DNA from: Macrostomum lignano
Taxonomy: Eukaryota
Assembly (NCBI GenBank): GCA_002269645.1
Contig: NIVC01001023.1
Span: 124,001-188,000 of the forward strand
Direction of reading: 5' to 3'
Length of the DNA: 64,000 bases
Within the stretch, counting starts at the first letter, position 1, and each line of letters starts with the position of its first letter. A program made the translations under genes and the position numbers. A model generated the notes under the pieces. It saw nothing but the letters and a program-made list of their open reading frames with translations. It was not told the DNA's origin and ran no database searches. Shown in pieces: positions 45,323-57,610 of the stretch.

Positions 45323-45683
45323 AACTACATCATTGAGTTATGAAATCACAGAGGTGGACTCTGACTGACTTATCGGTTTCAGCGCTTGGGGTGGGTTATT
45401 TGTCTGGTGAGGGTTTGCGTACGATGCTTATTAAATATGTGTTCTTACCTAAGGCTGACTTTAATAAACATTTGTCACTACTGACAGCTAAAGCTATTGA
45501 CTTTCCCCAAGCCACAGAGAGTTAACGTCACAATTTCGAAAAAATGTTTGTTACGTCACACACCTCACTGCAGGACTTCTTATCCTGTCTGATAATTATA
45601 TTTCAATGAAATGAAAACTGAGGAAAAACTCCAAACAGAAAATACCGATCGATCCCATCCCCCCCCTCTTTCCAATCTGTCCA

Positions 45684-46472
45684 TCAGTTGGCGCAGGAAT
45701 TTCGACCTTTCTTCCCGTTGCCATGACTACGACGGCCCTTCCTGTCGTCGCCTGCCGCGCAGCTGGTCGACAGCCTGCCGTCTCCGCCGCCGTCGCTGAC
45801 TCCGCACTCCTCCTCGTCAAGCGTTGGCAGCTCGGACGGAGGTGCCGAGCCTCCTCCGCTGCAAGTCGCCATGTCGTCCATCAGGACCTCCAGCGAGATC
45901 TTCTTGTAGGACTTGACGGGCAGGAGGCCGGCTTTGACGAGGCCTTGCAGGAATTCGATCTCCTCGCGGGCGGCTGGCGAAGCGCCTTCTGGCAGCTCGC
46001 CGAACAACTCATCGCGGGGCGACTTTCGCTTGCCGGTAGCCGAGGAGGAGGGCGACGCCGACTTCGGCTTAAACTTCGGCACCGCCGGAGTCGACGCGGA
46101 TCTCTGGCGGTAGCGCTTAGCGTGCTGGCTCTGGTGCAGCTGCTGGTCCGCCTGCGGCACGTAGCAACGATGCGGCACCGCTGAAGATACCCTACGACCG
46201 GAGTTGCCCTCGGCTGGTGGCTTATCCGAGTCGCCGGTCGCTGAGCAGTTGCTCAACATCGACCTACGACGAGGCTGATCGGTGGGCGGTTCATCGAATT
46301 TTTCGGACATGCCAGGCGTTGACGCTCGGCTGTGGGGCTTTGAGACGTCCTTGGCTTGGTGTCGGCCGCTGCAGCTGCTGCTGTCTTTGTTGTCGTCCGA
46401 TTTTTCCTCGGGATTGAAGCTCGGCCTGCGAGCTCGACTGCGGTGCCAGCGCTTTGATAGACAGTGACCCAT
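45684..46472 (-). CDS. Orphan, largely disordered protein, 262 aa (possibly the last exon of a longer gene)
   Basis: GC-rich uninterrupted ORF MGHCLSK...; ccgcag acceptor 3 nt upstream of the ATG; one ordered-looking segment EIEFLQGLVKAGLLPVKSYKKISLEVLMDDM; no recognised family. Confidence 0.55.
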   Translation of the reverse strand: MGHCLSKRWHRSRARRPSFNPEEKSDDNKDSSSCSGRHQAKDVSKPHSRASTPGMSEKFDEPPTDQPRRRSMLSNCSATGDSDKPPAEGNSGRRVSSAVPHRCYVPQADQQLHQSQHAKRYRQRSASTPAVPKFKPKSASPSSSATGKRKSPRDELFGELPEGASPAAREEIEFLQGLVKAGLLPVKSYKKISLEVLMDDMATCSGGGSAPPSELPTLDEEECGVSDGGGDGRLSTSCAAGDDRKGRRSHGNGKKGRNSCAN

Positions 46473-46493
46473 TTGCTGCGGGGCGGGGTGGGC

Positions 46494-46792
46494 TGTGTGT
46501 GAGTCAGTGTCTTCTGCTCAGGCACAGGTGGGGACTCTGTGTGTGAGTCAGTGTCTTCTGCTCAGGCACAGGTGGGAACTCTGTATGTGAGTCAGTGTCT
46601 TCTGCTCAGGCACAGGTGGGAACTCTGTGTGTGAGTCAGTGTCTTCTGCTCAGGCACAGGTGGGGACTCTGTGTGTGAGTCAGTGTCTTCTGCTCAGGCA
46701 CAGGTGGGAACTCTGTGTGTGAGTCAGTGTCTTCTGCTCAGGCACAGGTGGGGACTCTGTGTGTGAGTCAGTGTCTTCTGCTCAGGCACAGG
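46494..46792. repeat. 44-bp minisatellite, 7 copies
   Basis: gtgtgagtcagtgtcttctgctcaggcacaggtgggractctgt; period 44. Confidence 0.93.
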
Positions 46793-47739
46793 TAGATACA
46801 ATGTAAATTGGTGAGGAGAACAGCTCTGTATAGTTTAGGGCCGCTGACTGACTTGATAGTTGAGTGCAGCTCGTACATGTAGATAAGTCTAGTCACTGGC
46901 CAGGACAGCAGATATTTTATTTTACCTGCTAATTAATCGAGTTGCAGTGCGCGGCCAGTCAGTCAATCAGCAGTGATTGCTTTTATTCCTTCACTTCTCT
47001 GTTCATGAATTGCCGTGGCGAACGGGACTGACAGACCTGCCGTGTCCGGGGCTCAAGACTTGCAGACTGCTTCCAGCCCACTCTTCAAGTCTCATATCGC
47101 ATCGGACTTGCTCAAAGAAAGAGAGAGAGAGGAGGCTGAGCACTGGGCCAGGAGAGGAGAGGTTTCGAGTCCATCCCTGCTGCTCAACCAGTCAGTTTGC
47201 AGCCCGGTCAGCTCAGGTGTGAGCATCGGAGAGTTGAGATCCCATCGCCATCCCCTGTCCAACTTGGCGAGGACATTCTGAGCAGCAGTAATTACACGGG
47301 CAGGTGAGGATTACCACCTTCCCCCATCGCCTGCTGTGTCTGACGGATGCTGGCTGCCGGCTTGGGAGCAGCTCGAGCATAAAGTTGGCGTGACTGATCC
47401 CCAGCCTGCGCTGGGAGGCCGGGTTGGGAAGCTGCGAGCTGCATCACACGGAGAGGAAGAACAGCGGTCGGGCGAAAAAACTCTGTTCCCTGTCCGAGTG
47501 GCTGTTTATTTTGTTTTTCATATACATATCGCATCTGCCTGCAGCCAGTCTCATATCTATCTGTGCCAGAATTGAAACCCAGGGATCACTGAGCACTGAT
47601 AATTGAGCACTGATAACGTGGGAGACTAAAAAATGACAAATTATTGCAGTACACACGGTTTCTTTTGTTTCTGCTCAAATAGACACTTCTTTAGGTTGTT
47701 AGAAAGACAAAAAACTATAAGACACACTAAAATAGACGT

Positions 47740-48700
<961 letters not shown>

Positions 48701-50179
48701 TATGGATGTTCTACCTAAAATGGTAAACAGGACTCAGTAATCGGATATTGGTACGTATAAAAATGATTATATTCATTAAAACTGGCTAGTAGACTGCAAT
48801 TAGCTCAGGTTTTGCAAAACAATTAAAAGTCTTCATAAAAAGTTTGATCAAATGCAGGTGCAGCTGTTACATGTATCTATGTAACTTTAATTAGTATTTT
48901 TAATCAAAGTGTAATTAGTTAAAATGGTCGCCACGGGGAGGTTGAAAAAACCTAATTTGGATGGATCTTATGATGAAAATCCCACTTCTACGGATAATTT
49001 AATCTCAAATTGATGAGATGCGATAGATAGAGTCTTATAATCACTTCGGATGACAATAATTTTAATCAATTTGAGAGCATTTAATTACTGGAACACAGAA
49101 GAATCGCCTTTGTATCAAATTCTTCACTCCATGCTGTTTTGTCTGAAGATTTTGCAATTCCACTGATTATTTGGCTTCGATTTCGTGTACTTAAGTGTCC
49201 TAGTTTGTCTACTTTAAGTAGCAATATAAGTAGTAATCGCACCAAGTGTAAAGAAGCTTAAGATAAGATATTTCAAAAGACATTTTACTTAGCGCAAATT
49301 GAATAATAAATAAACAACACAGAAATCATTTTTTGTTTGTTTGTCCAGTTTATTAACTATTCCAAGAGTACAGCCGAAATAGTTTACACATGACGCACAG
49401 ATGACACACGTTGGCTATTTAACATCGAGTGATTAAAATAATAATAGATTTAAATAAACAAATAGTCACCAAAACAACGGGAAAATATTTCTAAATTAAC
49501 ATTTTATAATTAAATTACAGAATTCAGATAACTGTGTAATGCGGGCAGCCTAGAAAGGACGAGACCTGCTTCCTGTAGCACTGATTCCTTGGATCTATTT
49601 AAAACAAAAACCATAATTATTATTGAACATGAATATAATTTATCTGAGAAAGAAGCTGACAGAAGGCAGGAATATTAAACAATTTTTTATTCTCAAACTC
49701 TTTTTGTCTTGAAATGAGAAGCTTGCAAATTTACTAAAGTATGATGAACTACGTATTAAATATGAAATAGGATTTTTATCTTATAAGCAAGGAATTATTT
49801 ACTCATGACAAATGCAGGCCTTTATAAGCATTAAGGCTAATTTATTATTATAATTAGGTCAGATTTAGGACCTCACAACAGCAAGAACACAGATTTAATA
49901 ATGCAACTTTTTTAATCTTTGTTTTTTTCAAGTTGACACACAGGCAAACGAAGAAGGCAAAGTGAATGATAGCTGAGTAATACTACTATTATTAACATCA
50001 ATAGCATGTTGGTATGATTGAAAAATAAAACAAGATATACGATGAAAGCTACCAGCAGTGCAGGATTTATTAACAATTCTATTTTTAGAATTTTAAAACA
50101 TTTGCAGGAGTTTGTGTTGATCTCCAAATTAAAACGCATTTCGATGTTGCAGCCACCAGCGGAAGGCAGAGTTGACGGC

Positions 50180-50980
50180 TTAATTGTTTGCGTCTGGATC
50201 AGCGGGTCCATGAGCATCGTCATCAGCCAGTTTATGAGCATCTTCACTAGTTGATTTATGACCATCGTCATTAGCCGGTGTATGACCATCGTCATCAGCC
50301 GGTGTATGAGCATCGTCACCAGTTGGTTTATGAGCATCCTCACTAGTTGGTGCATGACCATCGTCATCAGCCGGTGTATGAGCATTGTCATGAGTTGGTG
50401 CATGACCATCGTCATCAGCCGGTGTATGAGCATCGTCATTAGCCGGTGTATGAGCATCGTCATGAACCGGTGTATGAGCATCGTCACCAGCCGGTTTATG
50501 ACCACCGTCATCAGCCGGTCCGTGATCAGCCTCAGATTCGGGATCCTGGGGTTCGACTTTGAACTCGGCGGCAGCCTCAGAGGCAGCTGGTGCGACATCA
50601 CCAGGTTCCAGCTTAAGCTCAGTGGGCTTCTCAGCGTCCGCAGCGTCCATGGCTTCAACGCTGGCAGAGGACTGCGGCCGACTGTGCTGCAGGATGTTCA
50701 TCAGAGCGGCCGCCGGGTTGGTGAGCAGCTCGGACGCTTTATTATCGTCATCATTCTCGTCTACGCGCACCTTGCCAGCATCCTCGGCGCACACGGGATG
50801 ATAAATCCCGCCGTCGGGTAGCCGCACGCAGTCCAGCAGCATCCAGTCTTCGGCCTCGTCGTCCCAACGGTTGTCGAATGTCTCGAAGCAGACGCCGCAT
50901 ACGTTGCGCTCGGGCTCCGGATAGGCGGAGACTCGACTGACTTGCTGGTGCTGCTGGTGGTGGTGCTGCTGTGCCTGATC
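50180..50980 (-). CDS. PCF11: PCF11 exon 5 (second zinc motif + repeat tail)
   Basis: CGVCFETFDNRWDDEAEDW...YHPVC, then octapeptide repeats, stop TAA. Confidence 0.88.
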   Translation of the reverse strand, partial: DQAQQHHHQQHQQVSRVSAYPEPERNVCGVCFETFDNRWDDEAEDWMLLDCVRLPDGGIYHPVCAEDAGKVRVDENDDDNKASELLTNPAAALMNILQHSRPQSSASVEAMDAADAEKPTELKLEPGDVAPAASEAAAEFKVEPQDPESEADHGPADDGGHKPAGDDAHTPVHDDAHTPANDDAHTPADDDGHAPTHDNAHTPADDDGHAPTSEDAHKPTGDDAHTPADDDGHTPANDDGHKSTSEDAHKLADDDAHGPADPDANN

Positions 50981-53900
50981 CTGCAGGTGTTGAGTATGAT
51001 ACATTACAGATCCATTTTAGTTTGATGCAGATGGTTACTAATCTCAAATGAGTTCAGGAACTGACAGATTTCAAATACTCTTCAATATTGGTTTATAAAC
51101 TCTAGATCTAAAAGATGATCCAATCTCCGTTATAAACCATTAAAACCAGACAGAAGTCTCTGTGTCATTTATAACTGAAGCATCTTTAGACAGATTCCAA
51201 ACCAGAATACATTAATCCTCGAATCCCAATCCTTAATCCTCGATCCTTAATCCTCGAATCTTAATCCTTGATCCTCGATTCCTAAATCCTAATTCTTAAT
51301 CCTCGAATCCCAATCCTTAATCCTCGAATCCTAATCCTTAATCCTCGAATCCTAATCCTTAATCCTCGAATCCTAATTCTTAATCCTCGAATCCCAATCC
51401 TTAATCCTCGAATCCTAATCCTTAATCCTCGAATCTTAATCCCTAATCCTCGAATCCTAATCCTTAATCTTCGAATCCTAATCCTTAATCCTCGAATCCC
51501 AATCCTTAATCCTCGAATCCTAATCCGTAATCCGCGAATCCTAATCCTTAATCTTCGAATCCTAATCCTTAATCCTCGAATCCCAATCCTTAATCCTCGA
51601 ATCCTAATCCGTAATCTTCGAATCCTAATCCTTAATCCTCGAATCCTAATCCTTAATCCTCGAATCCCAATCCTTAATCCTCGAATCCTAATTCTTAATC
51701 CTCGAATCCTAATTCTTAATCCTCGAATACCAATCCTTAATCCTTGATTCCTAATCTTTGAATCCTAATCCTTAATCCTTTAAGCCTAATCCTTAATCCT
51801 CGAATCCCATGCAGTCGTCGATCTCTCTAATCCTCGTTCCCAACCCACCTTTCTCGCCATAAAGTCGAGCGAGCCACCGGCAGCGGCCCCCCTGCCGCCA
51901 GACTTGGCCGATCGGTTTTTATTGGCCGCGGCGGCGGCGGCTTTCGCAGCTGCGGCAGCGGCTGCAGCGGCGGCGGCAGCAGCGGCGGCGGCCTCAACGG
52001 GGTCCTCGCCTTTGACGAGGGCAGTCCAGTGCGGAAACCAATTTCTAGACCGAATGGTGACGCCGAACAGGGCGGCGCGACGCTGATAGTGCCAGTCGAG
52101 ATGATCGCGGCACTCCGGGGCCTCTTCGCTGTTGAAGCGCAGACCGCACTGCGGGCACTGGTAGCCCTCGTACAGACGCTTAGTGATCATTGGCAGCGGC
52201 CTGTCGATGCCTTCAAAGCTGGTCAGATCGGGCTCCGGAGCATTCGCAGCGTCTGTCTTCTTGATGATGCCAAATTTGACCAGATTTTCGAATAGTTCCA
52301 CTACTGTTGCTGGCTTCTGCTGCGGCTGCTGAGGTGCTTCCGGAGGCTGCTGCGGTGGCTGCGGCGGTCCCTGAGGCACCTGCTGTTGTTGCTGCTGCTG
52401 CTGCTGGGCCTTCTGCTGCATCTGCACCTCAGGATTCAAAGGCGGCAGGTGCAAATGCTGCGGACTGCCGAATGCGCCGTCGGTAGCCCAGCGCAGCACA
52501 GATCTGGGAATAGTCGGACAGATGTCCAAGGATGGAGTGACCGGCCGGCCATTGGACAGCAGGGCCTGTAGGCGGACAGAGAACTGGCCGCTGGCGCCGT
52601 GTCCGAGAGTGATGGTCTTCGGGTTGGGGTCGTTGAACTGCACATTGAACGGCCGGCCGTGCACAATGAGCTCGTGAAATGGGCCGCCAAGACAGACCAT
52701 GTGCGGCCGAAGGTTAAACAGCACCTTGGTGCAGGAGTTGATGCGCAGCTCAACAGGCTGATGGGAGTCCACTCTGAGCAGAATCCTGCCGCCTGGCGGC
52801 ATTTTGAAGCGAAGGGCTCGCGGCTGCTCGTCCAGTATGAGCAGAGGCTGGATGCGGTCCAGCACCACCTGGAAGGGTGAGATGGGGTGTAGGGATAGCT
52901 CAAGGGATAGGGCTGTGAAGTATGAGTCCATGGGCGATTGCTAGACACTTGGATTGGATTCTTGTCGTTTGAAGGCGATTCTTTAGGTAGTCTAGGAGCG
53001 ATTCTTGTGGTAGTCTAGGGGCGATTCTTGTGGTAGTCTAGGGGCGATTCTTGTGGTAGTCTAGGGCGATTCTTGTGGTAGTCTAGGGGCGATTTTTGTG
53101 GTAGTCTAGGGGCGATTCTTAAGGTAGTCTAAGAGCGATTCTTAAGGTAATCAAAGAGGCGATTCTTGTGGTAGTTAAAGATCCAACTCTTGTGGTAGTC
53201 AAAGGGGAGATTCTCTGTGTTGTTATTCTCGAAAATAAAATTTTAAAAGGCGCTAGCCATATGGTTTAAATTTGCATCAGCCCAGGTTTAGCTCCTCCCT
53301 CACCTGGCGAATCTCTCCATCAATCTGGATATTTTTAGTTGCCTCAAAGCGGTCTCTTAGCGGAGCGAGCAGCCTCGGATCGCAGCCAATCTGAGGAAAC
53401 TCCGGCATGTCGGGCACATTGACCCGCCAGCGAAACAGGTCTTTGAAGACTGGCTCAGGCCGGACGCGACTCTGCTGGTGCTGACGGCCTGGCGGAGGCA
53501 TCGATTGCGGTGGCGGCAGCGGCTGGCAACTGTCAGAAGCCTGTTGCCCCAGCAGGGCGTCAAGCAGACTGTCAACATGCTGAGGAATCTGACTACTGCT
53601 GCTGCTAGAAGAAGAAGTCGATTGCTGGCACGGTTTCTGTTGAGCAACAGGGGCTGCGGCAGCCAACTCGGCCTCGAGTGTTCTCAAACAGCCAGTTAAC
53701 TGCTGACGCATCTCGGGTTTGAGTCCGCCAGCCGCCAGCATCCGCCGGATTTGCGCAGCCTGTTGCTCCATCATCTCTCGACTTTCGGCCGGTCCGCTGG
53801 CGGCCTCCTGGGCGAGAGTTGACGGGAGATTGAAATCGTGAGCGGCGATACAAGGGAGAGGGCTGGGGGCCTTCGGTGTGAAGTGTGCGGTTTTGTGACA

Positions 53901-56900
53901 AAGACTCAAGTGGATGGCCATTCAGTTTAAAAAAACAGAGAATTAGATACAAACTTCATCAGCTCGAAACAAAGTAGGGCAGATTTTTATTAAATGTTTA
54001 GTTTCCAAATCATCCCGAAACTGAGGGAGTGATTTCTAATTTTATTTTCCTAGTAATTCAAGACTGAGGGCGATTCCTAAAGCCTAATTTTAGTTTCCTA
54101 ATAATTAGGGGAGGTTCCTAAAAAGGAAGATTCCTAAATCCTAGTTTTAGTTTCCTATAAAGGAGTCAAAGACTAAGGGTGATTCCTAAATCCTAGCTAA
54201 GGAATCGCCCCTAGTCTTTGATTTCTTAATTTTTTAATTTTAATTATTTAATGAATGAAACACTAAGGGCGATTTCTCCTAAATCCCAATTTTAGTTTCC
54301 TATGGAGTGGAACACTAAGGGCGATTCCTAAATCCCAATTTTAGTTTCCTATGGAGTGGAACACTAAGCGCGATTCTTAAATCCTAATTTTAGTTTCCTA
54401 TGGAGTGGAACACTAAAGACGATTCTTATAACCTAATTTTAGTTTCCTATGGAGTGGAACACTAAAGACGATTCTTATAACCTAATTTTAGTTTCCTATG
54501 GAGTGGAACACTAAAGACGATTCTTATAACCTAATTTTAGTTTCCTATGGAGTGGAACACTAAAGACGATTCTTATAACCTAATTTTAGCTTCCTAAATG
54601 AGCGAAACACTAAAGGCGATTCCTAAACCCTAATCTTTCTAATGAGTCAAAGCCTTTTTGGTAAGTTCTAAATTAATCCTAAATTTTAGTTTCCTAAATA
54701 AAAGCTAGACTGAGGACGAATCCCTGAATTGAGACTTAACTTTGTGAAGTCTAAGAACGAGACCCATCGGTGATAAAGTCACTAATTGTCGTAAAAGATT
54801 CGAATCTCGATCCTAAACTTAAGAACGATTCCAATTTCGAACGCCATGAAATCAACAACATTTTAACGATTAAACGACAGATTGAAAAAACAGAGATTCA
54901 GACAAGTTAGTGAACTTCTTAGGAGCACAGTGTCTCAGAGTAACAGTTGCATACAGTACAAAGTAAGTAGACAGGTAAAATGATTATCAACGATTCAATA
55001 TAATACAATAATCGATTAGAATGAAAAAAGCAATCAAATTGTTATCCAGTTCATTCTTGAACTTTAAAAACATTAAACCTAAATTCTAAATAGCTTTGAC
55101 ACTGATATATCTCTACAGTATTTAAATGTCTCTTCTAGACTCTTAAAATATCGAACAGTTTAGAAGTAAAAACAAAGGCAAACAGTGGAACAGAACAAGA
55201 GTGCCGACACTGCATGCTTTATTATTATTGTGCTTTTTTTAATATCGTTGTTGGCAGTGACACATCCTCTGTTCCATGTACATGTAGTAGTTATTAATTC
55301 AGTTTGGTCAGTCGAATTTGCTTTTTTTTCAAATTCTTCAAGCAGACAAATATGAAACAGAAACACGGAACAGTATAATGAAAAGTGAAGCGTTATTCAA
55401 ACAGTTTACGGGTTAACAATGGAAGTAGGAACATCAGACACGCTTTTTTGTATTTTCTTTTCATTCACTAAGGAGTCAAAAATAAAACAAATGTATAATA
55501 ATAGCAGTAATCTGCAAACAATAAGATGCACATCATTTGCTTTGCTTGTATTTTGTTGACTTAGGTGTAAAAATTATAATATATATAAATAAATGAATGC
55601 AAATTTTTGCGAGGACTTCAAAACTTGAATTGGAAATGCTAAAGCTCTGACTAGAGGATAAGAAAGACAAAATGCAGGTACCGATATACTTTGTGTGTGC
55701 AGACCTGAGCCGGTGGACGGCACCCTCGCGCAGCTTTGGGGTGCAACTTACTGTCTGGAATTGGCGCATATCAACATCAGAAGCTGCCGCAGCAAACTGG
55801 TCGCTGTGCCTGCGCCTGTACTGGCTCCAGCCTCTGCGCATGTCCACATCATTAGCGGCCTGCTGCTGCGGCTGGCTGTGCCTGCCCTGCCGGACTCCCG
55901 TAGCAACAGACTCCGCCGCTTTCGGGTCGCCGACCGTGTCGATGACAAAGTCGCCGCCGCTGGCTGCGGCCTGCGGGTTGGCCACCGACATTCGCTTTCG
56001 ACTGCTGGACTCGCCCAACCCATGCTGCTGCTGCTGCTGGGTGGTGGTGGAGTCTGGAGAATCCGGTGAGTGGCAGCGCTTGCGTGCGACACCAACCACA
56101 TTGCTGCCATTCTGCTGCTGCTGCTGCTGCTCCGGCGGCTGAGGGGCCAGGATGGGCCAAGCGGGATCAATCTCCCGCACCGCTAGGTCCAAGCTATGCA
56201 GTACAGACTGGCTGAAATGCTCTGGCCAAGTTTTGCGCAGCTCAAACAATTTCTTGCGCATCTTTTCGTCGCCTTTGCGAAACACGTTGGCGAAGTTCTG
56301 CACCAGGTTGGCGCCGAACAGCTTCGGGTATTGGGAGGTCTTGAAGTTCTTTACAATGGAATCCATCAGGTAGAGGTGAGCCAGCTTCCTGTTAACTTGC
56401 ACCTGAAATTAGAGAGAGAGTGGGATGTTTAGGTTAAGAAAAAATTAGGCAAAAATACGTGCTAAATGCTCGCTACTGCTACTGAAAGTAAGTAGTCAGA
56501 AAGTACACAACTCTACTAAAATCGTGTTGTTTAACACTGAACTGAAGCATAAAGAAAGAGCCGAAATGTCATTTATATGCCAATCAGAAAAAAAACTTTA
56601 CGAATAACGGAGTAACAACGATTTGCGCCTTTGCAATAGGTTTGAGTTCGAGCAAAAGAATTACAACTAAGATAGTTTTGATTCACTTGGTGGCCTAAAC
56701 AAAAAAATATAGAAGCTTACTTCATTTAATCTTCGCTCAATGATCTTGCAGATGCGAGGACAGATAGCGGCGCTATCTTTACGACTGAGGTAGCCGTCCA
56801 CCATCCCGGTCAGGTTCCCGATCACATTCTTTTCTGGCGCCTTCAGAGTGTCGATTAAAGTCTTTTCGAAATCCACCAGCAGTTCGTCGACAGAGACCGC

Positions 56901-56939
56901 CGAGTTCTGCTCCTTCTCAATGCCTTGAGAAGCCAGCAT
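50180..56939 (-). CDS. PCF11: Pre-mRNA cleavage complex II protein Pcf11 (~1064 aa, 5 exons)
   Basis: join(56721-56939, 55752-56402, 53304-53807, 51849-52868, 50180-50980), all phase 0. CID domain KLAHLYLMDSIVKN...LFELRKTW...IDPAWPI; C-terminal zinc motifs QCPQCGLRF..HLDWH, RSRNWF, CGVCFETF..W...YHPVC. Confidence 0.92.
51225..51805. repeat. ~20-bp minisatellite (aatccttaatcctcgaatcct)
   Basis: Tandem units in PCF11 intron 4. Confidence 0.9.
51849..52868 (-). CDS. PCF11: PCF11 exon 4 (first zinc motif)
   Basis: YQCPQCGLRF..HLDWHY..RSRNWF; donor AAG|GTGGGT. Confidence 0.88.
52960..53210. repeat. 23-bp minisatellite (ggggcgattcttgtggtagtcta)
   Basis: Degenerate tandem units in PCF11 intron 3. 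Confidence 0.8.
53304..53807 (-). CDS. PCF11: PCF11 exon 3
   Basis: CAG|EAASGP...NIQIDGEIRQ|GTGAGG. Confidence 0.8.
54050..54720. repeat. ~50-bp minisatellite (actaaagacgattcttataacctaattttagtttcctatggagtggaac)
   Basis: About 6 good copies plus degenerate copies in PCF11 intron 2. Confidence 0.8.
55752..56402 (-). CDS. PCF11: PCF11 exon 2 (CID domain)
   Basis: LYLMDSIVKN and DPAWPI; donor ACA|GTAAGT. Confidence 0.92.
56721..56939 (-). CDS. PCF11: PCF11 exon 1
   Basis: MLASQG...ICKIIERRLNE|GTAAGC; start of the CID. Confidence 0.85.
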
Positions 56940-57544
56940 TTTTGTATTTGATCCACACAGCAGACGAAAAGTAGCTACTTTGAAACAGTATAAAACGAAC
57001 TCCTACAGGTATTAACTGACGAACAAGGAAATAAGTTACTCTTCCTCAAAAATGCTAAATAAACAAAAGTTGAAATCTCTCATTTTGCTTTACAGCTAGT
57101 TGTAACCAATAGCAAAATTTAATATTTTTACTGTAAAAAAACAACTTAATTACTTATACATGCTCTGCCGAAATAACTTGTTTATAGTTTCTTTTAACAC
57201 CTTAAGCTAACGTTTTGTTAAGCTTTACTCTTTTGGAAAACAGCAACCCGGCAAAGATAATTTTTTAAATAGCAGACATCGTGCTTGACAAGATTGATTT
57301 AAAAGGAGACAATATCCCTATTAATTTTATTGATAGCTGACTAATAAAAACTTATTCGTTTTGTTACTATCACAAAATTTTACCCGTCTGTCGAGTTCTA
57401 ATTTCAAGATTTGAGAAAGCACTTACCTTCTAAGTTCTAATTGTGTTTTTCCCCATAAACTGGTGAAAAGCAAAATTCAGTCTTGAAATTAATATTCATT
57501 TTATTTTAATATAACTAGAATCCAAAAGCGAAACTATCTGTAAA
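56940..57544. promoter_or_regulatory. Probable bidirectional promoter between PCF11 and CIAO3
   Basis: 605 bp of AT-rich sequence between divergent start codons; CCAAT at 57106-57110. Confidence 0.55.
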
Positions 57545-57610
57545 ATGAGTAACTCATTGAATTCTGTAGTTCGACTGACAGACTTAAATGATTTTATAAC
57601 ACCTTCCCAG
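57545..57610 (+). CDS. CIAO3: CIAO3 exon 1
   Basis: MSNSLNSVVRLTDLNDFITPSQ|GTATGT. Confidence 0.88.

Noticed and set aside
46977-47575. Short ORFs on both strands
   Set aside because: GC-rich and possibly an exon, but no frame or strand could be supported.
49912-50821. MTMLIHRL and MSIVISRC repeat ORFs
   Set aside because: Alternative frames and the antisense strand of the PCF11 24-bp repeat; the PCF11 frame is fixed by the upstream zinc motif.
51225-51805. Interstitial telomeric repeat
   Set aside because: Contains TTAGG-like pieces only within a 20-bp unit; no (TTAGGG)n run.
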